NCBI RefSeq assembly: GCF_001194135.2
Contig: NC_068982.1
Coordinates: 175,293,952 to 175,357,951 of the forward strand
Length of the DNA stretch: 64,000 bases
Direction of reading: 5' to 3'
DNA from: Octopus bimaculoides
Taxonomy: Eukaryota
Notes under the pieces: generated by a model
What the model saw: the letters and a program-made list of their open reading frames with translations, nothing else
What the model was told of the DNA's origin: nothing
The model's database searches: none
Shown here: piece after piece, positions 1-11,916 of the stretch
Layout: each line of letters starts with the position of its first letter
Numbering within the stretch: position 1 is the stretch's first letter
Made by a program: the position numbers and the translations under genes

Positions 1-44
1 AAATCACACCTTACCGAGACAATATCCGTCTGAAATTTAATTTA

Positions 45-460
45 CCAGGTTGAGTCAAAAGATCTTCGTATCTTAAGCTTTAATTGACAGTTCAAATAGA
101 TTACATATGAAAAGCATTTATTCATCAAAATATATCCCATCATATTCTGTTACCTGTTGCCATCGTTCTGCCAGAAGCTCAATTCCACATCCATACCATT
201 TGGCTAGTTTAGAGATAAATATCTCCCTACATCGGTTTTCAGCCCCATCCACTTTGTTAAACCTCCATGTATACAAGAAATGAGCCATGGCTCTGAAACG
301 GTGGTAATCTGATGCTGCAAGATCTGGACTGTAAGCAGGGTGAGTCAGCACTTCCTGCTCCGCAACTTTCTCCAGTTAGCACTTGATCGTATTGGCAATG
401 TGTGCTGAGGCATTGTCATACTGTAAGAGTATATTCGATTGACCAATACCGAAAAGCGGG
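45..460 (-). mobile_element. Decayed mariner (DD34D-type) transposon, 3' part with terminal repeat
   Basis: Minus-strand translation ILLQYDNASAHIANTIKC*LEKVAEQEVLTHPAYSPDLAASDYHRFRAM...LAERWQQVTEYDGIYFDE matches the mariner DNA and YSPDLAPSD motifs; TA+CCAGGTTGAGTC at 43-56 resembles a mariner end. Confidence 0.85.
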
Positions 461-816
461 CTTTTAAAGCTTCATATACTCCCTGCAGAGTCGAGCATAG
501 AAGTTAGAGTTTACAGCATGACCATCTGGACAAGTTCAAAGTGAAATTCCTCGTTGAAATTCCACAACATAATCACCAACATAATAACCAGTTCAAACCT
601 TGTCTGAAGCCTGGGCAGGACGAAGCCACTGCTCTCTCTTATTAGGATTACGAAAATAAATCTATGTTTCATCCTCAGTTGTTTACACTTCCTTGATTCT
701 GGTCAGTAGTCGGTTCATGAGGAGATTCTCGACAGCATCTGAATCTATTAACATATAATACTACCCCATTGTTACCTACTGACTCTATAGGGAAGTTGCA
801 TCCAGTAGACACACTA

Positions 817-1030
817 CGCTGGAGTGCTAAAATGTTCCTAGCTTTAAGGGCACCACGAAAGGCTTGGATGAAGGCCCAGCCTTCCGATTTATTTTACAAG
901 GTTTAGAAGAACTGAAGGACCGTTGCAATAGAGGGGTATATGAGAGGGGAATATTTTGAATAAAATCATAATTAACTGATCTTCCTGTATTTTCTTTTAC
1001 CCAAAGCCAGAAGCATTTCAGCAACCCTCG
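817..1030 (+). mobile_element. Mariner-derived MITE, copy 1 (most diverged)
   Basis: TA-flanked with degenerate ~29-bp TIRs; internal sequence homologous to the copies at 11056 and 14956. Confidence 0.8.
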
Positions 1031-1548
1031 TATATACTAAATGAATGGTAGTAGAAAACCATTGCAATGAATATCTCCTTCGGAGGTGAAACCAGTTCGT
1101 AATTATGTATCTTGGAGTATTTAATAATGTGCGTTGAATTTACTTTTAATGAAAAAAATGTACTTTGCAATACATAATCTTGAAATTATTTGATTATAAA
1201 ATACATTTTGTATATAATGTGATATTTTGGAATATGTAATAATGTATTTTAAAATAATTTGATTGTAATAACATGTTTATCAATAAATATTATTGNNNNN
1301 NNNNNNNNNNNNNNNNNNNNNNNNNNNNNNNNNNNNNNNNNNNNNNNNNNNNNNNNNNNNNNNNNNNNNNNNNNNNNNNNNNNNNNNNNNNNNNNNNNNN
1401 NNNNNNNNNNNNNNNNNNNNNNNNNNNNNNNNNNNNNNNNNNNNNNNNNNNNNNNNNNNNNNNNNNNNNNNNNNNNNNNNNNNNNNNNNNNNNNNNNNNN
1501 NNNNNNNNNNNNNNNNNNNNNNNNNNNNNNNNNNNNNNNNNNNNNNNN

Positions 1549-1694
1549 TATATATATATATGTATATATATATATATAGATATGTATAGATATTTATACA
1601 TATATATATATTTATGAGTATGTATATATATGTTTGTATATATATATAAATAATATATGTAAATATACATCTATTTACACACACACACGCACAA

Positions 1695-1733
<39 letters not shown>

Positions 1734-1741
1734 CACATATA

Positions 1742-1772
<31 letters not shown>

Positions 1773-1775
1773 TTG
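1549..1775. repeat. Compound (AT)n/(AC)n/(TACA)n microsatellite next to N-gap 1296-1548
   Basis: Directly visible. Confidence 0.95.
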
Positions 1776-2083
1776 TATATAAAAGTTGAATAAGTCACTG
1801 GATTTTCAGCATATAAGAGTACAGAATTGCTTGGTATTTTTCGTGTTTCCGAAATGTCATCGACTGTGAACTCACAAAGAATATACCTTCAGATAAAAAA
1901 AACGTGAACAAAATTTCACTAGTGTAAAGTCACTTACGTAATAGTACCGTTGGGATTTAATAGCTAAAGTACCAAACATACGAGTAAATATACAAATGCA
2001 GGAATAAGCATCCCGCACATACTGTGGAAGTTAAATACATATCTCAACAGATTGTTTCAGTCTCTATTACTAGAAGTTTCGTC

Positions 2084-2222
<139 letters not shown>

Positions 2223-2425
2223 GTATATTTGTGTGTCTGTGTTTGTCCCCCAAACATCGCTTGACAACCGATGTTGGTGTATTTACGTCTTCGTAACCTA
2301 CCGGTTCGGCAAAAGAAGCCGGTAGAATAAGTACTGGGCTTACGAAGAATAAGCCTTGTGATTGATTTGATCAACTAAAGGCAGTGCTCCAGCATGGCCG
2401 CAGTCAAATGCCCGAAACAAGAGTA
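2223..2425 (+). mobile_element. tRNA-derived SINE family A, 3' half
   Basis: GTTTGTCCCC...CGCTTGACAACCGATG...GGTTCGGCAAAAG...GTGCTCCAGCATGGCCGCAGTCAAATG; homologous to 30924-31120, 38816-38945, 45820-46030 and 53640-53830. Confidence 0.85.
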
Positions 2426-2644
2426 TAGGTTATGAGAGGTAATAATGTCAATAAGACCCAAAGGTGTCAGGTAATGCTGAGTTAGTGCTATGGACAGACT
2501 ATAGTTAAGCTCCAGGTTCGGCGATTATGCGAATGAGGAGTCCAACGTAGGTTATATATCAGCATGCGTATATATAAAAAAAATTTCAGAATGAGATAAA
2601 ACATCCAAGGGTATGAAAGATTTTAGAAAATTTATAGATAGAAG

Positions 2645-2691
2645 GTCTTACAGCTGTTTCTGGGATATTTATATATCCCTTCATCGGAGAC
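2645..2691 (-). ncRNA. Minimal type-I hammerhead ribozyme-like motif (Penelope-associated type)
   Basis: Minus strand GUCU-CCGAUGA-A-GGGAUAU(AUAA)AUAUCCC-A-GAAA-CAGCUG-UA-AGAC: 4-bp stem I, 7-bp stem II, palindromic stem III; U4C change and an extra unpaired A before G12. Confidence 0.55.
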
Positions 2692-3294
2692 GGTGTGAGA
2701 AAATGGTTAAGCAATAGTTATTTTAGATAAGATATGAAATAGAGAGTGAAGTGGAGGAATGAAAACAGATGTGAGATAAGCAGATGCATCCCTGCATATC
2801 TCACGTCTATTTGGGCAACCTCATGGTAGAAACAGCTGTAAGAGTTTAGTACTTTTCACTCATTTATTCTTTTTTCATTTATTTACTTTTATTTATCTAT
2901 TAATTTACTTGTTTATTTGTATAATTAATTTGTTTATTTTGATTACTTATACATATGTTTGTAATTAATTAATAAATAGATCTAAATGAATGTCTACAGG
3001 CTGATGTTTATCGATTGAGTATCCTCTCCATTTTCATATATATATGCATATAGATATATATGCATATATATATGCATATAGATATATATGCATATATATA
3101 TGCATATATATATATATATGCATATATATNNNNNNNNNNNNNNNNNNNNNNNNNNNNNNNNNNNNNNNNNNNNNNNNNNNNNNNNNNNNNNNNNNNNNNN
3201 NNNNNNNNNNNNNNNNNNNNNNNNNNNNNNNNNNNNNNNNNNNNNNNNNNNNNNNNNNNNNNNNNNNNNNNNNNNNNNNNNNNNNNNNNNNNNN

Positions 3295-3325
<31 letters not shown>

Positions 3326-3408
3326 CATGTATATATATATATATAATTGACCGTTGACTGAACACTATTCAATTTTTTTTCTCCGTGTTTTTCTCCTTGT
3401 CTCCGTAT

Positions 3409-3445
3409 TCTTTCTGTTGAAGAGCGTAGCTCAAAACGTTAAAGA
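3409..3445 (+). ncRNA. Decayed minimal hammerhead-like motif
   Basis: UCUUU-CUGUUGA-A-GAGC(GUA)GCUC-AAA-ACGU-U-AAAGA: 5-bp stem I, 4-bp stem II, palindromic ACGU stem III; core changes A6U and G12A. Confidence 0.45.
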
Positions 3446-4564
3446 CTTTCCGTATTCCCGAGCGTCATACTAATACATCCTTTTGTTGTTTACACCACCT
3501 GTCCTCGTCTGTTGTTTTTTTCGTACATTCTCCCATATATATACATATGTGTGTGTGTGTGTACATAGTCGCATCGTTGAATAAACTATATGCAGGTACA
3601 ATGATATTTAACACGTTGGTGATGAGGTTAAAGTTCTCCTGAAACTGTATTTGTAGCGAAAATTCTTCCCACGTTCGAGTATACGCGAATGTGTTAGATA
3701 TAATTTGCATATGCGAAAATATTTTTCGACGCTGCTTCGTGCGACACTATTCAGTTATTTCGTGCATGACCAAGATTTATGCAGGACAGTAAATTGACAC
3801 TTAGCTGTTCTCATCCGGGCTGTGAAAGACGAATCTGATTTTCGTGTCTAATTACGTAACAGCGCATAAATGCATGCGTCCCAGGATTTGATAACATCAT
3901 TCATGGCCCAAATGTGTTTTCAAGCATATTGTCCAAGACTATTTCAGCAGTCAAAAGTTTTATCGTTCGTGTGACATACGATCGCACATGTACACACACA
4001 CAACCACCACCACCACCATCACCATACACGCACACATACACACGCTTACACACACACTTCACTAAACCACACACACGCATACACACATTCGCACGCGCAC
4101 GCACACATACACACATACACATTCACACAGACAGATACACACACACACACATAGAAGATAAATAAATAAATAAATAAATAAATAAATATATACATGTCAA
4201 TTGGTTAATTTGTTGTGAAGAAAGAAAAGGGTGATTTTTTTATAATAAAAGTTGAGAAAAAAAAATACTATAAGAAAATTCATCTACTCTGTTTATCATG
4301 AAAAAGCTATTTTTTGAAGCTGTATACATTTCGATTTTCAAGTCTTTATAGTGCAGATATTGTTGGACATTCTTCTAAAGAAAATTAAGGATATTTTTAT
4401 CAATAATGTTGAGTTGAGAGTATAGTATTAATAGTCCAGTATTTATATCCTAAAGTTGTGCGTCGTTATACAATTCAGAGAGGATAAATGAAAGCGAAGA
4501 AATTTATGAAGAATCGTTATCTTGCCGAAAGGACAAGAGTATTTCAAATAATAAAGTAAAATGT

Positions 4565-4775
4565 AAAGTTCTATCTCAAGCCATACAGACTCATAAGGGC
4601 CGGTTTCCCGGTTTCAAAGGTGTGTATCTTTCCTCTTGGACAGGACGCCAGTCCGTCGCAGGATTACTCTTTTTTGACAGTTGAATGAATTGGAGCAACA
4701 TGAAATGAAGTGTTTTGCTCAAGATCACAACGTGTCGCCCGGTCCAGGAATCGAAACCACAATCTTACGATCATG
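4565..4775 (-). mobile_element. tRNA-derived SINE (B-box head remnant, central domain and tail)
   Basis: Minus strand GTGGTTTCGATTCCTGGACCGGGCGACACGTTGTGATCTTGAGCAAAACACTTCATTTCATG...CCTGCGACGGACTGGCGTCCTGTCC; head resembles 10705-10830. Confidence 0.7.
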
Positions 4776-5309
4776 ATTTCTATTAACAGCCTTGTTGTTT
4801 TAGGGTTCAGATTTCAGGACTCAGTTCACCATATCATGTGCAGGAGGGACACATTTCAACTAAACGTACTGGTGTTATTTTCAACCACTGACCAACAGTT
4901 TGCTGATGAGAATTTAAAAAAAAATCCAAATCTATGCTGAAAGATTGTTGTTTTCAATGCAATACATACTGATGCGTTCACATTTTGTAAAGAATAGGAG
5001 TCTAAACATATGAAATTATACATACATGCAAATGTTCCATGAGTCCAAGCAGTTCCTGTGAATGAATCTTTTGACTTTTCAGCGCAATCAGCTATAAAGC
5101 CAGTAGAACAACAGAGGTTCAGACAAACAGAAACCGGCTGCAACTCAGTTTTACTTTATGCGAATTTACCTTCTCCTAGAAGTAAATTCTAACGAGAACT
5201 CGGGATTCTTCCCTCCTAGTAATTAACATGCTAGTTAGCCCATAGCTGGCAACTTAACAGCTGCTACTACTTTGAGCTAGAGTACATACATACATACATA
5301 CATACATAC

Positions 5310-5730
5310 AAACGAAAATAGCTACTCTGCATTATTGAGGAATCTACAGCTACTCTATCCAGATTACAAGTTCAGATTTATAGCTGTAATTATTGGGGCA
5401 CTGGGATATGTAAGACGTTGCCTAACTACCAATCTTGAGAAATTAGGCTTCTCAAAACTAGAAAGGAGAAAGCTGATTCGAAGACTACAAATCCAAGCCA
5501 TCACTGGAACTGTAAAAATCTGTAAAACTTTCCAGAAGTCTATCATTTAAATATATATGAGCAAGTATCGACATGCAACCGTATGCTTGAGAATACATAC
5601 AGAAAACAAAGCATACATATCTGCACATATACATACAAAAATACTCTGTTGATGTTGAAATTCCAATGAAGGAGCCTTGGATTTAGGTTAGAAACCGGCT
5701 CTTTCTCTATTGGCAAGAAATCTTGAAATA
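5310..5730 (+). mobile_element. 5'-truncated R4/Dong-like non-LTR retrotransposon: end of REL endonuclease domain plus 3' UTR
   Basis: ORF 5335-5550 LRNLQLLYPDYKFRFIAVIIGALG...ITGTVKICKTFQK resembles the C-terminus of REL-clade ORFs (PIVIGALG motif); starts directly after a (TACA)n run. Confidence 0.7.
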
Positions 5731-5870
5731 AGGGCATCCAGCTGTAGAAACTCTGCCAAATTAGACTGGAGCATGGTGTTGCCATCCGGTTTCACCAGTC
5801 CTCAGTCAAATCGTCCAACCCATGCTAGCATGGAAAGCGGACGTTAAACGATGATGATGATGATGATGAT
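5731..5870 (+). mobile_element. RTE-like LINE 3' end with (GAT)n tail
   Basis: ...CGTCCAACCCATGCTAGCATGGAAAGCGGACGTTAAACGATGATGATGAT; a short tandem-repeat tail is typical of RTE-clade 3' ends. Confidence 0.55.
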
Positions 5871-5901
5871 ACATACGTACGTACGTACATAAATAAATCT
5901 G

Positions 5902-5902
<1 letters not shown>

Positions 5903-5945
<43 letters not shown>

Positions 5946-6028
5946 GATTTATCTATCTATCTATCGATTTATCTATCTATCTATCGATTTATCTATCTAT
6001 CTATCGATTTATCTATCTATCTATCGAT

Positions 6029-6065
<37 letters not shown>
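5903..6065. repeat. (TATC)n microsatellite with a 20-bp higher-order unit
   Basis: CTATCGATTTATCTATCTAT repeats at 5941, 5961, 5981, 6001 and 6021. Confidence 0.95.
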
Positions 6066-6066
<1 letters not shown>

Positions 6067-6989
6067 GTGTATATGTATATCTTTACATACATTCATATAT
6101 ATATATATAAATTGATACACACACACACACACACATATATATACATAATACAAATGTGTGTGTGTGTGTGTGTGTGTAAACACTGAAAATGTCTCAAAAT
6201 ATGAAGCATTAAAAAGAGTGTAGGAAACAATGAAAGAATAGAATTTGCTTCTTATGGAAATAGAAGAAATAAAATCATATAAAAATAGTGTTGACAAAAT
6301 CTTATAATTATTATCTGCTCAATTCGTACGCTAAACGTTTTTTAGTTTTAAAAATTGTACTTTTATGTAACATCATATAAAATGCTTGTGTACGCATAAA
6401 GACAGCTTCCTACTCCCCTTCCTCTTCCTCTTCCTCCTCCCCCAAATGATGATGATTATGGTCGTCATAATCATCATCATCATCATCATCGTTGTCGTTG
6501 TCGCTGTCATTGTCGTCATCATCATCATTATCATTTACTATGAAGGATAAATATATAATGAAACCACCACCACAACAACAGCAGCAACAAAAACAACAAT
6601 AACAATAACAACATCATTAGTAACTAATAAACCAACGTTTTAGTTATTGTGGGCAACTATGTATATTAGATATGAGAGAGAACTTTATGCGTGGGTGCGT
6701 GTTTTTGTATGTAGATTTTTATTATTTAAATGTCACAACGGAATTTCTATCAACATATCAGTTTCCTATTCTTAGCTTAACCATATTTATGGATTATTGG
6801 TCAAATGATGACCAGAATCATCCAGTTTCCTTTGGATTCTACTGGAATAATTGAAATCCGACGATAAGCTCCGCCATGCAGGCGACCGATATGGCTATAG
6901 CAGACGACATTATACACATTACTTAAGCAAGAAATATTTTGGTTTTTAAATTTATTTATTCTTTTTTGCGTATTACGTTCATCATCCAT

Positions 6990-7021
<32 letters not shown>

Positions 7022-7088
7022 GCTACTGCTGCTGCTGCTGCTGCTACTACCACTACTACTACTGCTGCTGCTGCTGCTGATGATGATG
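6990..7088. repeat. (ACT)n/(GCT)n/(GAT)n trinucleotide run
   Basis: Directly visible; produces the poly-Leu ORF. Confidence 0.95.
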
Positions 7089-9599
7089 ACAAAAATACTT
7101 GTTTTTAATTTAAGCATAATGCCAGCAATTTCGTGGGAAACGTATTCAACGTTACATCGACCTTAGTAATTGACTGGTACTTTGTTTCATTGACGCCAGA
7201 GAGATGAAAAGAAAAAAAAATGAATGCAGTAGGATTTGAACTTAGAAGTTAGGCAGCCGGAAGAAATACTAGAAATCATTTTGTCTTATGCTCTAACGAT
7301 TCTGTCAAACCATCATGATGATGATGATAATGATGACGATGATGATAATGATGATGATGATGAAAGTAATAGATTTAGAAGAAAGGATAAAGCTTGTCTC
7401 TTAGTTGCTATGAAGTATTTCTAACGAATAGTTTGTTCATTAGAAAATACTTTATAATCAGTTTGATTTTACGAGCTTCAATTGTCTGATTCAAAAGAAT
7501 GCTAATAAACAAATAATGACAAATGATCTTTTTGCAAGATTAAGCAGGTTTAATGAACTATTTTTCTATTCAACATCAATGACCTTTTTACTATCATATC
7601 CAACCATATACAGACGTATTTTGGCGAGATCATTCCTTCTTACCCTTTTCTTCTTACAAGTTTATACCAATTTAACAGCTCTCTGTACAACCTACACGTT
7701 CACTTCTAATATGCTGTCCTGACAATCTTAATAATTCAAAAAATAATAACCCAAAGATTTCCGAACTCTAGGAAAAATAATTCAAAGATAAAAACAGAAT
7801 TGTCCATCCTGCTTAATAAATAATTCACAACTGAATGCTTCATTTACTAACCACATCTAATGACTTTTACTGGGAGGCTTTTTATCTGCAACGAAGACAT
7901 TGGGCTATTGAAGGTACTTCAAGCTTGAGTTGTCTGGGATTTGACAAGATTCATCTCGATGCACTCTCTCATAGAATAGCTGCTGTATTATCTTAAATAG
8001 TATGCCTGCATCAGCAATCATAATATTGATTTCGTTTGACGAGGTAGAATATCGATTTTCAAAAAAAGAAGTGCTATAGTTGATTTAATTGAGTTCAATG
8101 TATCACTAATAGAAATAGTGAATGATAAAATCGGTAGAGTGCTTGTCAAAAGGCCGTACACACTTCAGTTACATCCCTTCACATTGACTTCCAATCCCAC
8201 AGGGTCGACTTTGCTTTTTAAGCTCTCAGGTAAAAATATAGTAGTAGTCAAATATTGTAGTAGTCAAATAAAGTAGTAGTTAAATATTGATGTTCCATGC
8301 AATAAGTTACATCAACTCACAAGATATGTAGCCTTGTACCTGTATTAGAATTTAATACAAACTGGGAGTCATTTTATGACCTTGGCCAGATGACTGGCAA
8401 AACGAACCACAATATAATATGAAATATGTACTTAAAGAAATTAACTCCTGAAAGTACGTCTTTTGCTACGAAAATATAAAACTAGTTTAACTTTTAAGGC
8501 GATGGAATAGTCAGTGGAGGAAAAGCAAAGATGATCCAGATAGCATCTGAATTCAAAATCTAGATGGGAAATCGAAGTATTATTAAGAATTTACTTAGTC
8601 CAGTGCTCTATCGCTTCTCTTAATTCATTGTACTGTCCTTAGAGGATTACGTGACATAGAAAGCTATCTACCATAACGGTAAACCTTTCTTTGACTGCAG
8701 TTAGTATCACTGCTCAATAGTGTGTTATGGTTATTACATCTGGTGTGCCAACATGAGAGAAAGAGTTTTTAAGCGGGCGCTTGACCTGCCAAACATAGCA
8801 ACTAAATCTTTCTCAAACAACACTACAGTTTTAAAGGAATGAAGGATACCTTGAATAATGTGGTCCTGGACACTGAATAAAAGACACAATGATCATAGTT
8901 TGAACGCTTTTCATTTAAGATCTACATGAACACAACTGACTAGTAGCTAAACAACATCTATTCACGTGAAGTTTCATTAATGTCTATTTCTTAGAAATAA
9001 AAAATATTTGTCATAGAAGTTAAATTTTCTTTGCAACATTACTAAGAGTTGATTCACCTACGTTACAAAGACCACTAATAAATCAGACCCCGAAATTCCG
9101 AAGTTAGTTTATCGTAACCTAGTTTCCAGCGTTGCGATTTATTCTTAACTAAAACCTTTAAAGATCCCAGTCGATCAAGTTCAATGCTTCTCAAATTTTT
9201 AAGCGTCCCTTTTCTTTTACTAACACTTTTCCAACATCCCCCGATACGATGTAACAAAATTAAATACATCCCAAAGAATTACTGTCTTCAAGTCAATCAC
9301 AGTTAAGAGACGAGACTACTTAAACATACGTATTTTCATCGCTGTAATATAGAAGGTCAATACACTTCAAACTTTGGAGATGATTCAGAAGACTATAACC
9401 ATCACTCTCCTAATATTTGGAGGGAGGAGTAATTTAGTTCCGGGTAATAGTTTGAGGTGGTTGACTACTTACTACCTTACTAAACCACCCTACATCAAGC
9501 GAATATTTGACACATTACCGCTGACCTTTGTTATTGACCCCACCTAGCCATTAACACGAGCATCAGACAAGCTCATACATGTATGCATANNNNNNNNNN

Positions 9600-9637
<38 letters not shown>

Positions 9638-9919
9638 TGTATGTATGTATGTATATATACACCACTCATATGAATGTATGCATGCATACCCCCTTAACAA
9701 CCAGTTGAAATTCATATTCCAATTTATAGATGTATTTGAACATGTAAAGGACCGCATACACACATATAGTGATTTTTCTGCCCATGAGCGAGTCTACATA
9801 TGCCTCGTCATATATGTGGATTGATTTATTACATTAACAGATGGCATTCATAGCTAGTATCACCAACGTTCAAACATGTACCTATGCATATATGCACGCA
9901 TGTGAGTCAGAACGTTACC

Positions 9920-10704
9920 TTAAGTTACAGCTGTAGCTTGGGGTGAATAAATGTGCAATATTAATCATGAAGACGGGTTGAAAGATTAAATCTGTTGGGA
10001 TAAATTTACCGCAAGATAACATCATTAGACCACTAGCAAACAACGAGGGACAGAAGTATCTAGAAGTGCTGCATGATAGATAATAAAATAACAGAAAGTG
10101 AGACGAGAAAGTCTCGAAACAGTAGAAAAGAAGGATCAGAAACGTAGGTGACACAAAACTAAAAAAAGGTAAGAAGTATGATGGCTATGCTAGTGTTAAG
10201 ATACTCTGCTCCTTTTCTAAAGCACTGGTAAGCTGTGCACAACACATAATGCACATCGCCCAAAAAGTAATACTGACAGGTTCTATTTAGCAAGAAAACA
10301 GGAGGTAGAAGTTTGTTAAATACAGAAAACACTATCAGTGCTCCAATTTGGAGTTTGAAAAACTATGTTGGTTATAGAGAGTAAAGTTTATGAAAGACCG
10401 CCAGTAAAGGAGAAGTTACTGAAACGGTGAGAAATACCAAGAACAGAAAAATGGATGGCATGTCAAATAAGTGGCCAATTCATGCAACAAATCGAAGATG
10501 TTGGAAGTAAAGAGCGGCAGTTGTACTTGACCTATGGAAACCTGAAACAAGAAACTGAATCGCTAATTAAAAGCCATCCGGGTAAAAGCCATTAAAATGA
10601 ATTTTATATCGACAAAGACTGATGAAACTCAGTAACAGAGCAAATACAGAATTTGTGGGAAAGGAGACGAAAGTGCTAACCTTTTCTTTACAGAGCGCAG
10701 CACG
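9920..10704 (+). mobile_element. Decayed R4/Dong-like retrotransposon: RT thumb region and C-terminal zinc-knuckle region
   Basis: Frameshifted translation GVNKCAILIMK...QKYLEVL...VLRYSAPF...TDRFYLARK-GGRSL...GQFMQQIEDVG...GNLKQETESLI...SKYRICGKGDES matches the KCAVL, YKYLG, YLxRKxGGRGL, LKxETExLI and CRLCxxxxE motifs. Confidence 0.7.
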
Positions 10705-11046
10705 GTGAAGATACATGGCTCAGTGGTTAGGACGTCGGGCTCACAGCTATGAGGTAGTGAGATCGATTCCTGGACTAGACTATGTTCTGTTTGTTTTTTT
10801 TTGAGCAAAACACTTTATTTCACGTAGATCCACTTCACTCATCTGTAGAAATGTGTTGCGATGTCACTGGTGCTAAGCTGTATTGACTTTTGTCTTTCCC
10901 TTTGATAACATTGGTGGCATGGAGAGGGGAGGATGGTATGCATGGGCGACTGTTGGTCTTCCATAAACAACCTTGCCCGGATTTGTGCCTCGGAGGGTAA
11001 CTTTCTAGGCGCAATCCCATGGTCATTTGTGACCGAGGTGGTCTCC
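10705..11046 (+). mobile_element. Full-length tRNA-derived SINE (family C)
   Basis: A-box TGGCTCAGTGG and B-box-like GATCGATTCC, followed by central domain and 3' tail; truncates the R4-like remnant. Confidence 0.8.
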
Positions 11047-11055
11047 ATATATACA

Positions 11056-11244
11056 CGAGGGGGTGCTGAAAAGTTCCTGGCTTTAAGCGTATCGCGAAAG
11101 GCTTGGCTGGGAGGCCCGACTTTCCTAGTTCTTTTACAGGGCTTAGAAAAACCGAAGTATGTGAAATAAGTACGTGAATCACAATTAGCTGATCCTCCTG
11201 TATTTTCTTTTACCCAAAGCCAGGAACTTTTCAGCACCTTTTCG
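11056..11244 (+). mobile_element. Mariner-derived MITE, copy 2
   Basis: 29-bp TIRs CGAGGGGGTGCTGAAAAGTTCCTGGCTTT / AAAGCCAGGAACTTTTCAGCACCTTTTCG followed by TA. Confidence 0.9.
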
Positions 11245-11699
11245 TATATATATATATATATNNNNNNNNNNNNNNNNNNNNNNNNNNNNNNNNNNNNNNN
11301 NNNNNNNNNNNNNNNNNNNNNNNNNNNNNNNNNNNNNNNNNNNNNNNNNNNNACACACACACACACACACACACAAACACACACATATATATATATATAG
11401 TACTTTTTTTTATAAACTGAAATTGTTAATATCAAAATACTCAGAAACAGGCTAGAATCGAAGTGCTCAAAATGAGCTAAGATTCAAATTATAGTTTGAA
11501 TGAAGACAATACAGGTGGAAAACTATAGGAACAATACCCCATCTCCAACAAAATATTTAATATATATGTGTGTGCATATCCTCCTTGAATCAATAATTAT
11601 ACACAATTCTCAGTAGCGAAAATACCAAAAATGAAATAAAATAAAATAAAATAAAAGTACACAGGCATATAGAAACACATAAACTTCAAAAATATAATG

Positions 11700-11855
11700 A
11701 ATGTCATACCCCTTGGTATGAGATAACCATGTCACGCGCATATGGTTATAATGCATGTGCCTGGTGCACTCTTATCAGAGAGGTAGCCATGATGGGTATA
11801 CTGGGCTTCGTATATTTGTACCCCATGCACTGCTCTCTCTCTCAATAATAATAAT
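11700..11855 (+). mobile_element. Probable retroposon 3' end with short (AAT)n tail
   Basis: GC-richer block ending in CTCTCTCAATAATAATAAT; family not assignable. Confidence 0.35.
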
Positions 11856-11863
11856 CTCTGGAA

Positions 11864-11916
<53 letters not shown>

